Of a stretch of DNA of 64,000 nucleotides, positions 25,548-37,750 are shown piece by piece. Below the pieces are notes generated by a model. The model searched no databases and was not told the DNA's origin. It was given only the letters and a program-made list of their open reading frames with translations. How positions within the stretch are numbered: position 1 is the stretch's first letter; the number at the start of each line of letters is the position of its first letter. This DNA is from Neoechinorhynchus agilis. Lineage: Eukaryota; Animalia; Acanthocephala. A program made the position numbers and the translations under genes. The DNA is taken from NCBI GenBank assembly GCA_051530055.1, contig CM121341.1, positions 5,806,784-5,870,783 of the forward strand. Direction: 5' to 3'.

Positions 25548-27067
25548 TGATAAAGTCAAGGTTTATACGAGAACGCAGAGTTTGAATTTTTTGGCAAAGA
25601 TTTCAAATCTGCCGATTTTGTCGTCTTTTCCTAGACTATACTGTAATTCCCTTTCATAAAATCGTAAAATGGCGATCATTTTAGATTTGGAACCTTTAGT
25701 GAATAAGAACGAGAAGAAATAGCGTATCCGATGAGTTGCAATGTTCAGAAACATATAAAAATAGTTCCATTTTCGGAAAATTGCACAATCACACCAATTC
25801 ATTTAAGGAGTACTCATGATCTTATTCATGTGCGGTTCTATGTTCAAGTTAGTAGCAAAATGATGAAGCAATTTTTAAAGGTTCTATTATTTTTTCAAGA
25901 GAAGTTTGAAATTTTGTCGTCTATAACGAGCCAGGGAACGCAAAAAGGCAGCATATCAATCCAAACGCTCACGGATCATTAAAAAGAGGTTCGTGGATAT
26001 TGAGAATTAAAATGTCCAAAGGTAAGTCTTAGAATGCTGTTCAAGCTTAGGGAAGCTAACAGAAATTATTCACAGCGGCCTCAGCATTTTCCATCCTTCA
26101 CTTCCTCGCACAAATCTCTACCTCCGCTTTCCCTTCCTAACCGCTCAATCCTCCAAATGCGAATTGATTCGAAGGAAAGAACGGACGACCAAAAACAATT
26201 CTACCACAAAAACGAAACTCTGTTTGGACATCAAAATTTAAACTATAATGAACCGGAGGAAAGACCCAACCTAACAATCTCTCCAACGAATTCGAGTGTT
26301 AGACCCAATGATACATCATTGGTCCTTTGTTAACTAGCAAATAAATGCGTTATTATTAATATGCCAAAAATTTCAATAATTTTCGAATACATAAAGCACT
26401 TTCATATATGTCAACCGGATTTACTTTTATTCTGCATGCAAGCATGGAGAATCTTGCCAATTCCATTAATGTTATAGCAAGGGTTACTATTGAACATATC
26501 CAGCCGAGCCATAACATTGCTCGCTACTTCCATTAAAGCACCAATTTGCGATCATTTAACAACTGACAAAGCCCGCTCATTTTGGTCAGGCAAAAAAACA
26601 AGATTGATTTTGCAACCCTTTAAGATTTAAGTAATTACATTCATGATATACTCGGTTCGTTTCAATAAAAAGCAATTTAGTCAATGAGAGAAACGCTTCG
26701 AAATGTTGTGATGATCATAATTCCCCACGGATTACCCGAGAACATCAATAATCTTTTTTGACGACTTTCGAAATATTTTAATAGAATATGTTTTCTCCGG
26801 GCGAGGATTATGATCACCACATCTCATTGAAAAAGCATTCAAAGCGAACTAGAATTGACGAGGACATTGTCACGCATATTTACTTTGCAAATCATAGAGT
26901 TCGATACGAGATTTGTATATATATGTACATTTCGAATATAAATAAAATGTGAAGAATTGTGAGTTGACGACTCTTGGAAACTACCATGGCACATTACATC
27001 TTAAAAGAACTTAAAATTCCAATAAAACAACTATAACCAGAGAAAACCAGGTTCATAATCTAAATGT

Positions 27068-27637
27068 CTATTTCTCGTAGAAACCAAGGCTATAAGGATA
27101 TTCACTGACAAGATCTTTTCTGGCTGCAGATTCGTACGTGTTTTGTGGAAATGAACTTGCCGTTTCTTGTCTTTTTCGTCCACATACAGGGCATCGACAG
27201 GTCCTGTAATCGCTTGTATGTGGGTGCTCGTACTCCGGATAGAGAGTATCCTGAGGAATCCAACTCGATGAGAAGTTCATAGGTTGATGCTGAACTTCTG
27301 TTCGTTTATTGTAAGATGGTGCCTCGTAATACGGCTGATATTGCTGTTCGGTGTGAATGGGTTGAATGTATTGGTCATCGTTAAACGAAGATTGATTTTG
27401 ATCGAAGCTATACTGTACCGGAGGTTGGAGGCCGTTTCTGCCGAACGATGGATCGTACTGCTGCTCGTTGAACTGTTGTGGGGCAAACTGATGGGAGGGG
27501 GCGTAAGGCGGCTGGACATTTGGTGGACTGTAGGAAGGTTGAATGTAGTGGTGATTGAACGATTTCGGCGGATGGCGTTGAACTTCGTAGACAGGATGAG
27601 GCTTTTTAGGTCCGTACGAGTAAGCGGCTGGTGACAT
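27068..27637 (-). CDS. Intronless Pro/Gln/Tyr-rich protein with a C-terminal CRCPVC motif
   Basis: 189-aa ORF with ATG start and low-complexity PQY composition. Confidence 0.55.
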   Translation of the reverse strand: MSPAAYSYGPKKPHPVYEVQRHPPKSFNHHYIQPSYSPPNVQPPYAPSHQFAPQQFNEQQYDPSFGRNGLQPPVQYSFDQNQSSFNDDQYIQPIHTEQQYQPYYEAPSYNKRTEVQHQPMNFSSSWIPQDTLYPEYEHPHTSDYRTCRCPVCGRKRQETASSFPQNTYESAARKDLVSEYPYSLGFYEK

Positions 27638-27923
27638 TATCTAAATGAATGTTTGCCCTCGTGTTAATTTGTACCAAATGTATCGTAGTAAAATCAAAGG
27701 AAACGAACATGCGCTTGATTTGGGGTACGAGTTGGCGACGGAAATTTTATCCTTTAACTTCAGTGAAATAATCTAATAGACTAAAATCGGAAACAAAAAA
27801 GTGGTGATCATAATGGCAAAAATCAATAAAATATATTTTATTCATTAAAATGATTCTGCAGTAGGGCTTGCAATTGTAAAACTTTAATTGAACTGGTCAT
27901 AAAGTTCTCGTCTTTCCCTGTAG

Positions 27924-30900
27924 ACTTCACTTATTTTATGCATTTTGGGAGAAATGCCTCGATTGGAAGGATCCATCTCAGTGAACGGAACGGTTTCCTA
28001 TGTTGCCCAAAAGCCATGGTTATTTCCCGGCACCATAAGGGAAAATATATTGTTCGGCACTGATTTCGACGCTTTGAAATACAAAAGGGTATTGACAGCG
28101 TGTTGCCTCAACAAGGTGATTTTTTCGATTGATTGAGGTGCCATTAATGTTTATGTTGAGGATTTGCGTCAATTTGTTCATCGTGATATGACATTTGTTG
28201 GTCAAAGTGGAATGGAACTAAGTGGAGGCCAGGCAACAAGAATATCGATGGCTCGAGCGCTTTACAGAGATTCAGATATATATTTGTTGGACGATCCATT
28301 CGAGTCTATGGATCGCGCTACTTCAAAAAAGGTATTTGAGAGGTGAGTCGATTTACATGGCAGTACTTTGTTCTTTTGATAAGCTCAGCGAGCGACTAAA
28401 ACACTAATAACATTAAAAGACCAAAGGCAGCTAAAATTAACGAATGCCTTCCTTTCTAGATACGTATTGGGATTTCTAAAAACCAAAACTGTGATAATGG
28501 CAACTCATGGAGTGCAGTATATAACACAGGCAAACTCAATTTATAAACTAACTAAAGTAAAACCGCCACCGATTATTTTGTTTAACGGTGTTCATTTAAG
28601 GAACGAAATTTGGAACGGGTTGGAAAATACATTCATTCCATCAGGACCGACGAAAAACAAACAGAAAACGAATACCAAACGTCGTTTAATGAAGTGAAGA
28701 AGGTACCTATAAATTACTAACCTAAGCAAATCTTTTAAAAACTCTTCAGGCTGAAGATCAATTATCCATAAAGTCCATTGATCCGGGATACAAAGAGATA
28801 CCAACTTCCATATCAATACAGCAGAGGAGAATAAACAGGACAACAATTCCTCGATATATACTTATGGCTGCACTAAACATTCCGCTGGCAATTGTATTCT
28901 TCGTATTCTACGGTTCCGTACAGGCTTTAATTACCTATGGAGACGTTTTTTTAAGTGAATGGTAGATAGTTACTATGTGGCACATTTAGTAAGGCATTCA
29001 TTTGAAAAAAAATTAGGCTTTCAAGTGACAACTCAACAGTTTCGAACAATGAGAATGAAATGAATTCCTGGCGCATTTATTTGAGTCAGTTAATTTGCCT
29101 ATTAATCACAACTACCAATATATTTAGTACTAATTGGGGTTGGTTCAATTTCTGCCTTAATTAGACAAATTCTTACAAAATCTATGTGTTTGAATGCTTC
29201 ACGGCGTCTTCACAAGCGTTCGATTTGTTTGCTAAACTGCATGAACATAGATTATTTTACCAGTGAAAATATACGTTTGCTTCCTTCTTATTGATTTTGT
29301 GCTAATTTGATCTTTATGTTTAGAAACTGCAATGAAACGGTTTTCGTCGGATGTTGGTATGTTGGACGTTCAAATCCCGCAGATAATGGAAAAGACATTA
29401 AATGTAAAAGCATCTTTTATTTACTATGAAATAAAGTCCTTCGACAAAATAGGCTTTTTGCATTTCAATTGCAATGGCAATATACGTCTCAATCATCAAT
29501 CCAATTTCACTGACAGTCACAGCTCCCTTCTTCATTTTCGTAGGGTTTTTTCAGTATTTGTACTTGACATGCGCTAAGCAGGTTTCAAGTATTGAAAACC
29601 AAGGTATTTCCATTAAATAGAAATAATTTTCAATTTGCATTGGTTGAAGCGAGGACGGCAATAATCAATGAAGTTAACACAGTCATAAACGGCGCAACGG
29701 ACATAAGATCTTATTATATGGAAAACAAAGTGCTTGAAGGCTTTAAAAAACTCGTGGACACGCATACGTCCTCGGCTATAGCTCTACTTTCAGTGACCAA
29801 ATGGTACCAACTAAGAATGGAACTCGTTTCGTCTCTCATAGTATTTCTGTTTTCAATCATTATAATTGCTTTACCAAGTAAGCGTAAATCGCAATTCTAA
29901 GTTTAAATCCATTCCAATCACCCATCTACCATGAAAGACCAATATTTTCCACTGTACTATGGAAAAAAGTATTTAAATATTCGAGCAGCCAAGGTCCCAA
30001 GTAAATTTGATTTCCCAACAGAAATAGTTCCATCCAAAAAATTAAGGTAGTGCAAAACGATTAGGAATCTATTAGCTTTTCCCATTTAATTTATTCAATG
30101 TACTCTGTATATGCCAATTAAAAAGGGTTTGGTAATTTTTGACTTGTCTGGTGAATATACTGGCCCGGTTAAAAATCATTATTATGAAATATTTCGAAAG
30201 AGAGGAAACCTCGCTTGATCATAAAACTAAAAAAGTTTTTGGTTATGGTTTTTTCTATGTTTTATCCCGGAGGTTCGGGTTGACAGGTTCGCTACTTGCA
30301 ACAAGGTTCGGGGACCGTGTACCCTCCTTGCAAATCCTGCAACGCATCGTTTGTTCCATTGATTTTAACTACATCGCTGGCAGGCAATTTTAAGCTGAAA
30401 TTCGCTTTATTGCTTTTCATTGTGTTGGCCATAGAGATGTGTGCCAGGCCTCAAGAACAAGACGCCTTCCAAGATTTGGCTCCTTCTCAACAAAATGCGT
30501 CCCATCAAAGTCTATGCGTTTGATAATTGGATTATCCGCTTCCGATCAGTGTTTTCGGGATCCCTATCGAATCCTAGGTGCTTCACTTAAATTCAATTAT
30601 AGAAGAAATCATGATAATACAAATCTTTAGCGATAGCTCACGAAGTCTCTTTTGCTTTAGATTCTTCGCCTTCTCAGGCGGCACTATCGCTGGTGTATGT
30701 TAACAGCTTAACTCGTACCTTCAAAATTGCTCTTACGGCGGCAACGTATGCAGTAAACATGGTGAGTCTATAAAATAGCTATTCTTTTGCTTATAACATT
30801 TCCTATTCTCCAGTTGGTCTCTTTTGAACAAATGGCAGACTTCTTAACCTTAAAACCGAACGAAAACGAATTAAGCGAGAAGGAAAGCGTGGATCCTTCT

Positions 30901-31874
30901 TGGCCGACGGACGGAGATTTGCACGTTGAAAAAGTCTCGTTCAAGTATTCTTTAAATAAGGAATATGTTCTACGAAATATCAGTTTTAACGTTTCGCCAC
31001 GATCAAAGGTTTGCGAATTAATCGATAATAAACCATCATATTTAAAGGATACGATAGCTAGCGATTGTAGGACGGACAGGCTCTGGAAAAAGCTCCATTC
31101 TGAACATGATAGAAAGAATGGGTATCGTGGAAGGGATCGTTATTTTGGATGGAGTGGATACATCGCTGTTAAATTTAAGAGAATTGCGACGGAAAATATG
31201 TATAATTCCTCAGGTGATCTTTTCAAACACCAAATTCGAGACAAGGTCGCTAATAATATTTTAGAAACCAATATTCATCAGTGGAACCTTAAGAGACAAT
31301 CTTGACACTTTCAAAGAGGTCAGTGATGAATACATATGGACCATTCTTAAAAGCGTATGGATCTAAAAAACGAAGTTCGAATCCATTTCTCCGTGCTTAG
31401 GTACAAATGGACGAAGTAATAAAGCGAATTGTTGGCGAAGAAGGATTGGACGGTTTTGTGCGTGGATCCGGTTTCGAGGAACACTTCAGTTTCGGACAAC
31501 TTCAACTTCTCAGTATGGCTCGTGCAATCATTCGAAAAAGAAAACTTGTTATCATGGACGAAGCCACATCTAATCTGGAAGCTGAAACTGAAAAAATAAT
31601 TCAAAGAGTTATCAGACAAGAATTCTCTGAATGTACCGTCATAACAATCGCTCATCACATAAAAACAATAATCGATTATGACGATGTTATGGTCAGTGAT
31701 TTTTTTTGTGGATGAAGTGTGTAACGTCTCCGTAAAACTGAACAGGTCATTGATGAAGGTCGAATCGTGGAAATCGGAAATCCTGTCGAATTAGCAATGA
31801 ACAAAGCGTCGAGGTTCAGAATGTTAGTCATCGAGGACGGTCTTCGTCCAGAAAGACTGTATCAATCCTTTTGA
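27924..31874 (+). CDS. ABCC/MRP4-like ABC transporter (NBD1 after Walker A, TMD2, NBD2); about 12 introns
   Basis: YVAQKPWLFPGTIRENILFG, LSGGQ, YLLDDP, RFSSDVGMLD, VGRTGSGKSS, MDEATSNL, TVITIAH; all traced introns are GT-AG except the one at ~29162-29195; 5' half not cleanly found. Confidence 0.9.
30150..30215. mobile_element. Single-arm remnant of the 44110-44410 foldback family, inside an ABCC intron
   Basis: ggtgaatatactggcccggt...aatatttcgaaagagaggaaacctcgc is similar to the arm of the 44110-44410 element. Confidence 0.7.
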
Positions 31875-32306
31875 TAAATTCTTTTATCTGATGAGTCATT
31901 GAATGGGAAGCTCAAACCCGATAAAAACTAAAGTACCACCGCTGTTCATTATTTTTCTTAAGCATCACATTTTGTTCGTTAAAAGTAAGCAGTCAAATGT
32001 ACGAAAAAGCAAATCTCATCCTTCTAATAAGCATGAATGTTCGTCAGATCATTTATTGTTCTTAATGAATTAAATCAATTAAAAGTTCGAACAATGACAC
32101 CCGGGTTCCATTGACGAAAACTAATTTAATCTTTTGAACTCTACACAAAACGATTTGGTATCAAAATTCTCATTAAAAATCCTTTTTCCTCATACCTGAT
32201 ATTCACCCAGTCATCATTCTGACAAATGCAGACTAAGCTACTGATTTTATTGTACTCAAAGCTGATCTAAAATTCTAAGTGCTAAATCTGGGTTTTATAT
32301 TATTCG

Positions 32307-33698
32307 CTAAGCACCAGACTTTCCGCATTTAACACATCGTTGTGATTGGTTAATTTCGTCGAAATTTCCCTTATTAAACGGCCTTAAATGAATGATCTTT
32401 TTGAGCTCCGATGCCAATCGAGTTGGACACTTCGCCTTCTCCCGTCCAATAGAAGATGATTGATCAAAAATGTTAGCACCACAAAGTGGACATGTCGCTA
32501 AAGATTGACGAACCGATTGATCGCAAACGGTCTTGGGAGTGATTCGTTCTTGGTGCTCAGGCTCTTTTCGAATCTGTTGATGGTAAATAAGATGCCGTGA
32601 ATCCTTTTGTGGGAACAGTGGTTTCGGTTGTACTCTTTTTCCGTGGAATTCCTTAGAAATGGCATCTCGGTAAGTTTGCGGCTGGTGAACCGAACGCGGT
32701 TTGTCAACAGACCAATCAGTCATTTTCTCAAGTAGATTAGGTTCGAAGCAAATCTCAATGGTCGGATGGATGTAGCTGGTCGTTGGAATTTGACGGAAAG
32801 GTTGGCTTTGGGTCGCTTGTTCCTCGGCAGTAATCTTTTCGGTATCCGAATCGTAGGATTCGCGCGGAGTGCACGCCACTTTTCGATTTGCCGAAGACTT
32901 TGTACTCATTTTGGGAAGTTGAGCGGAAAAGCTTCCTTGAGTATTCCGTTGTCTCGAAATCGGCTGTACTCTTTGGGGTTTCGAACACACAACTTTCCGT
33001 TGCTCTCGGTTTGGGCATAAAGAGTCCTGACCTGCTTTTATTTTTCTAACACGATTTTTCGGTGGACCCTGCACTTTACAGATACGCCGCGATGAGATCG
33101 GTCCTGCAGATCGACTTTCACTGAGTCCTTCAAATTCTGGTGATTCAAAAGCGATTTCCGCAGTCGGAGAAAAGTCGCTTTCTTTACCATACAAATTATC
33201 CGCTATTTCTTCATTTGAGTCCTCTATTTGTTCCGGTTCGCATTCTAACTGATAGTCGCAATCCTCCGAATACTCACCGAGCATTTCTTGCTCGCATATC
33301 GACCAATATTTCAATTCCGGTTCACAGGAAACCTTTTCTTTGCCCCCTCTAGCAATCGTTACCCGATACACCGGATTATCGTCATATTCATCATCCAAAT
33401 CACCGTAATCACACGAATCCTCTTCGTCGTATGCTTGAAGATGGCTAAGATCGTCCTCAAAGTCATATTCCGCATCTGAGTCATCGTCTACAGCTTGATT
33501 CGAAACTATATCAGCAATAAACGAATCCTTTGAAAGTTCGGTGTCCTGGCATAGATTTGTGGAGGCGGAATTTAGTTGCCCGACGACGAACGCTGAAACC
33601 AATAAAAGTGCACTAAATGGGCACATAATTGAAGGAAGACTTTGGTCAATGCGACAACACTCACACATTTTAATCTTTCTCAGCTTCGATTTATCCAT
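32307..33698 (-). CDS. Intronless protein of unknown function: acidic region, Cys-rich ends (CPLC, CVKC), possible hydrophobic leader
   Basis: 463-aa uninterrupted ORF in AT-rich DNA. Confidence 0.6.
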   Translation of the reverse strand: MDKSKLRKIKMCECCRIDQSLPSIMCPFSALLLVSAFVVGQLNSASTNLCQDTELSKDSFIADIVSNQAVDDDSDAEYDFEDDLSHLQAYDEEDSCDYGDLDDEYDDNPVYRVTIARGGKEKVSCEPELKYWSICEQEMLGEYSEDCDYQLECEPEQIEDSNEEIADNLYGKESDFSPTAEIAFESPEFEGLSESRSAGPISSRRICKVQGPPKNRVRKIKAGQDSLCPNREQRKVVCSKPQRVQPISRQRNTQGSFSAQLPKMSTKSSANRKVACTPRESYDSDTEKITAEEQATQSQPFRQIPTTSYIHPTIEICFEPNLLEKMTDWSVDKPRSVHQPQTYRDAISKEFHGKRVQPKPLFPQKDSRHLIYHQQIRKEPEHQERITPKTVCDQSVRQSLATCPLCGANIFDQSSSIGREKAKCPTRLASELKKIIHLRPFNKGNFDEINQSQRCVKCGKSGA

Positions 33699-34070
33699 AA
33701 TCGCGAACTAGCAAATAGTCACTTCGATAGGCGTTTTATAAGACGTTTATTGACATGAGTGAATCATCAACACAATATAAACTCGTTGTCTACTCACGAA
33801 AAAAAAAGATTGCCTGAACTTTAATTTTAAATCAGAGTTTTCTTATTAAAGTTTTGTTTTTGAATAAGCTCCTAATTTGGTGTTAAGTCGATAATTTCAT
33901 ATTTCGTTCCTTCTAAATTACGGCATAAAAATTAGAAAAAAACACACACCATCCGATTCTGCTCAAACAAGCAAGACTTTTTTGAGACATTGTATTTTGG
34001 GGTAAAAAAAGAGAGTTTTAATCACGAATTCAGGCTCAATTTTTTTTCTTATGGCTACTCGGCCAAGTAA

Positions 34071-34462
34071 TCAAACCTTTCGCCTGCGTTTCGCCGTTAT
34101 CCACATCTTCGGCTGACTGGGTTTCATGGACATTGTTTCAGCGATGTCTTTTAGGCCATCATTGCAAACTGTTCGCTTTAGAGCTTCCATTACGGCAAGA
34201 CCGTTCGTGGGTAAATCTACTTTGTTTTTAATCATTAGTCTCTCTACCTCAGGGTTATAATTATGAAAAGAGATTCTCGGATAAAACACTTGTTGGTCAT
34301 CTTGATCGTCTTCAGTATTCCCATAATATTGTTCATTTTATCGATTTGGCGATACCAATGGCACTCGTCGATTACAGCAATCTTTCCTCCTTTGTTCTCC
34401 GAGTCATGCTTTCCTTTCTGCATGAATTTCATGGACATTAGACTCTTCGATAAATTCGGCAT
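34071..34462 (-). CDS. MPHOSPH6: M-phase phosphoprotein 6 (exosome cofactor MPP6); needs one extra A at the 34336-34339 run
   Basis: LSKSLMSMKFMQKG, IDECHWY and RISFHNYNPEVERLM match conserved MPP6 blocks. Confidence 0.85.
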
Positions 34463-34729
34463 TCTCGATACTATCTGAAATCATGATGACAGTTTGATTT
34501 GTCGTTTTCTGCATATTGAGGGAAAGTGCTTTGTTTGAAGCAATGAATGAAATTACTCGCTTTCACTCCACATTCTGCTTTGAGTTATAATGATTTGGAA
34601 TGCTAATAAAAAGCACAGTTGATTTAATGAGCCACGCGAAAAATTCATGACGTCATCACAAACACGCGATTCTTCCGTGCCGCCAACGTTGTTTCGTTTC
34701 TAGTTTTCGCTCATGGTTAAGACGACAAA

Positions 34730-35080
34730 ATGGCTACAGATCTAAAGAAAACTGCTGAGTCGGGGGATTCTCGCCTTCAGCGAATTCGGATCACTTTGTC
34801 GAGTTCAAATATCCCTCACCTACAGAAAGTCTGCAATGATTTGGTCAATAGTTCCAAGAAGGAAGGTATGAAAGTTAAAGGACCTGTCCCGATGCCGACG
34901 AAAATCCTGAGAATAACCACTCGAAAGACGCCTTGTGGAGAAGGCTCCAAAACGTGGGATAGATACCAACTACGGATTCACAAAAGGGTCATTGATCTCT
35001 TCTGTCCGAGTGATCATGTCAAACGATTGACCAGTGTCAATATCGATCCTGATGTTATTGTCGAAGTTATCGTCAGTTGA
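34730..35080 (+). CDS. RPS20: 40S ribosomal protein S20 (uS10); intronless, divergent
   Basis: [50 protein letters not shown]. Confidence 0.97.
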   Translation: MATDLKKTAESGDSRLQRIRITLSSSNIPHLQKVCNDLVNSSKKEGMKVKGPVPMPTKILRITTRKTPCGEGSKTWDRYQLRIHKRVIDLFCPSDHVKRLTSVNIDPDVIVEVIVS

Positions 35081-35488
35081 TTCTCAAAAACGTTGACGAT
35101 GGCTAAAATAAACAAAAAAACTTGCCCGTCAATGCTTCTTCGGGTTTTATCGCCAAAGCATAAAAGCGATTTTACTCCTTAAAGTTTTTGATTGTCGTTT
35201 ATGGCAAGATGAACGATATCTTGATTTGTGCCGTATTCAAAGTTTTGCAACTTTTCCAAACTTTCCAATGATTTATCTCTAATTTTTCCCCGAATGATTT
35301 CAGTTTATTTTACACTCTTTGTTAAAGTAATCAATGGAGATGAGGGGAATGCAAATTTTTAGCTTGCAGAGTTTTTAAATTGAAGATTCTTTATTTTACA
35401 AGGAATCTCGCCCTTGACAGGCAGAAAATCGCTTCAGAGAAAAAATCTTAATGAATGCAATGCTTATTATTTTTTTCATTTACACACA

Positions 35489-35700
35489 CAACAACAACAA
35501 CAACAACAACAACAAAACGTTTCAACAATCACCACCGTCCACCAAGAGGCATCGCTCTCCCCTCAGTGATCGCGACCACGCTCGCTGCGTTTCCCTGTTT
35601 TCTATCGCGACCACACGATGTTTTGGCGTAGGAAGGCACCAGCTCTTGTATTTCCTGTCTTGCCCTGGAGTCTACTCTGCATAACTCCTTCGTAAATCTA
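35489..35700 (-). mobile_element. 3' end of a CRE-like RLE retroelement followed by an (AAC)n/(TTG)n tract
   Basis: ETLGPLGSSALRFTKELCR...QGNAASVVAI; microsatellite at 35489-35514. Confidence 0.7.
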
Positions 35701-37574
35701 AGTGCCGAGCTACCGAGTGGACCAAGAGTCTCCACTTTCTTGTCTTGCCCTGGAGTCTATTCTGCATAACTCCTTCGTAAATCTAAGTGCCGAGCTACCG
35801 AGTGGTCCAAGAGTCTCCACTTTCTTGTCTTGCCCTGGAGTCTATTCTGCATAACTCCTTCGTAAATCTAAGTGCCGAGCTACCGAGTGGTCCAAGAGTC
35901 TCCACTTTCTTGTCTTGCCCTGGAGTCTATTCTGCAAAACTCCTTCGTAAATCTAAGTGCCGAGCTACCGAGTGGTCCAAGAGTCTCCACTTTCTTGTCT
36001 TGCCCTGGAGTCTATTCTGCATAACTCCTTCGTAAATCTAAGTGCCGAGCTACCGAGTGGTCCAAGAGTCTCCACTTTCTTGTCTTGCCCTGGAGTCTAT
36101 TCTGCATAACTCCTTCGTAAATCTAAGTGCCGAGCTACCGAGTGGTCCAAGAGTCTCCACTTTCTTGTCTTGCCCTGGAGTCTATTCTGCATAACTCCTT
36201 CGTAAATCTAAGTGCCGAGCTACCGAGTGGTCCAAGAGTCTCCACTTTCTTGTCTTGCCCTGGAGTCTATTCTGCATAACTCCTTCGTAAATCTAAGTGC
36301 CGAGCTACCGAGTGGTCCAAGAGTCTCCACTTTCTTGTCTTGCCCTGGAGTCTATTCTGCATAACTCCTTCGTAAATCTAAGTGCCGAGCTACCGAGTGG
36401 TCCAAGAGTCTCCACTTTCTTGTCTTGCCCTGGAGTCTATTCTGCATAACTCCTTCGTAAATCTAAGTGCCGAGCTATCGAGTGGTCCAAGAGTCTCCAC
36501 TTTCTTGTCTTGCCCTGGAGTCTATTCTGCATAACTCCTTCGTAAATCTAAGTGCCGAGCTACCGAGTGGTCCAAGAGTCTCCACTTTCTTGTCTTGCCC
36601 TGGAGTCTATTCTGCATAACTCCTTCGTAAATCTAAGTGCCGAGCTACCGAGTGGTCCAAGAGTCTCCACTTTCTTGTCTTGCCCTGGAGTCTATTCTGC
36701 ATAACTCCTTCGTAAATCTAAGTGCCGAGCTACCGAGTGGTCCAAGAGTCTCCACTTTCTTGTCTTGCCCTGGAGTCTATTCTGCAAAACTCCTTCGTAA
36801 ATCTAAGTGCCGAGCTACCGAGTGGTCCAAGAGTCTCCACTTTCTTGTCTTGCCCTGGAGTCTATTCTGCATAACTCCTTCGTAAATCTAAGTGCCGAGC
36901 TACCGAGTGGTCCAAGAGTCTCCACTTTCTTGTCTTGCCCTGGAGTCTATTCTGCATAACTCCTTCGTAAATCTAAGTGCCGAGCTACCGAGTGGTCCAA
37001 GAGTCTCCACTTTCTTGTCTTGCCCTGGAGTCTATTCTGCATAACTCCTTCGTAAATCTAAGTGCCGAGCTACCGAGTGGTCCAAGAGTCTCCACTTTCT
37101 TGTCTTGCCCTGGAGTCTATTCTGCATAACTCCTTCGTAAATCTAAGTGCCGAGCTACCGAGTGGTCCAAGAGTCTCCACTTTCTTGTCTTGCCCTGGAG
37201 TCTATTCGATAACTCCTTCGTAAATCTAAGTGCCGAGCTACCGAGTGGTCCAAGAGTCTCCACTTTCTTGTCTTGCCCTGGAGTCTACTCTGCAAACTCC
37301 TTCGTAAATCTAAGTGCCGAGCTACCGAGTGGTCCAAGAGTCTCCACTTTCTTGTCTTGCCCTGTCTACTCTGCAAAACTCCTTCGTAAATCTAAGTGCC
37401 GAGCTACCGAGTGGTCCAAGAGTCTCCACTTTCTTGTCTTGCCCTGGAGTCTATTCTGCAAAACTCCTTCGTAAATCTAAGTGCCGAGCTACCGAGTGGT
37501 CCAAGAGTCTCCACTTTCTTGTCTTGCCCTGAGTCTATTCTACATAACTCCTTCGTAAATCTAAGTGCCGAGCT
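35651..37574. repeat. Tandem satellite, 85-bp unit, about 23 copies, derived from RLE retroelement coding sequence
   Basis: tccttcgtaa at 35941 and 36961 (12 x 85 bp); minus strand translates ETLGPLGSSALRFTKELCRIDSRARQ. Confidence 0.95.
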
Positions 37575-37750
37575 TTTTTTGTGACCGCAGGATTCGCCCA
37601 TATGAATTGTTTTTCGCACTTGGATACATTTAAATTAAAATTGTAAAGAGAGGTAAGTACGTTTTTCATGGCTTTTATTCCGACGATTTAGCACCGTTTC
37701 CTAGCGACCAAATCTAAGCGATCAAGAAGGTGTTTTTTAGCGGTGCCGTG

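Noticed and set aside
27089-27100. ATATCCTT on the minus strand as a U12 AT-AC donor, paired with a CCTTGAC branch-like motif near 25560
   Set aside because: It lies in frame inside ORF 27068-27637, the candidate acceptor is AG rather than AC, and nothing links the two exons.
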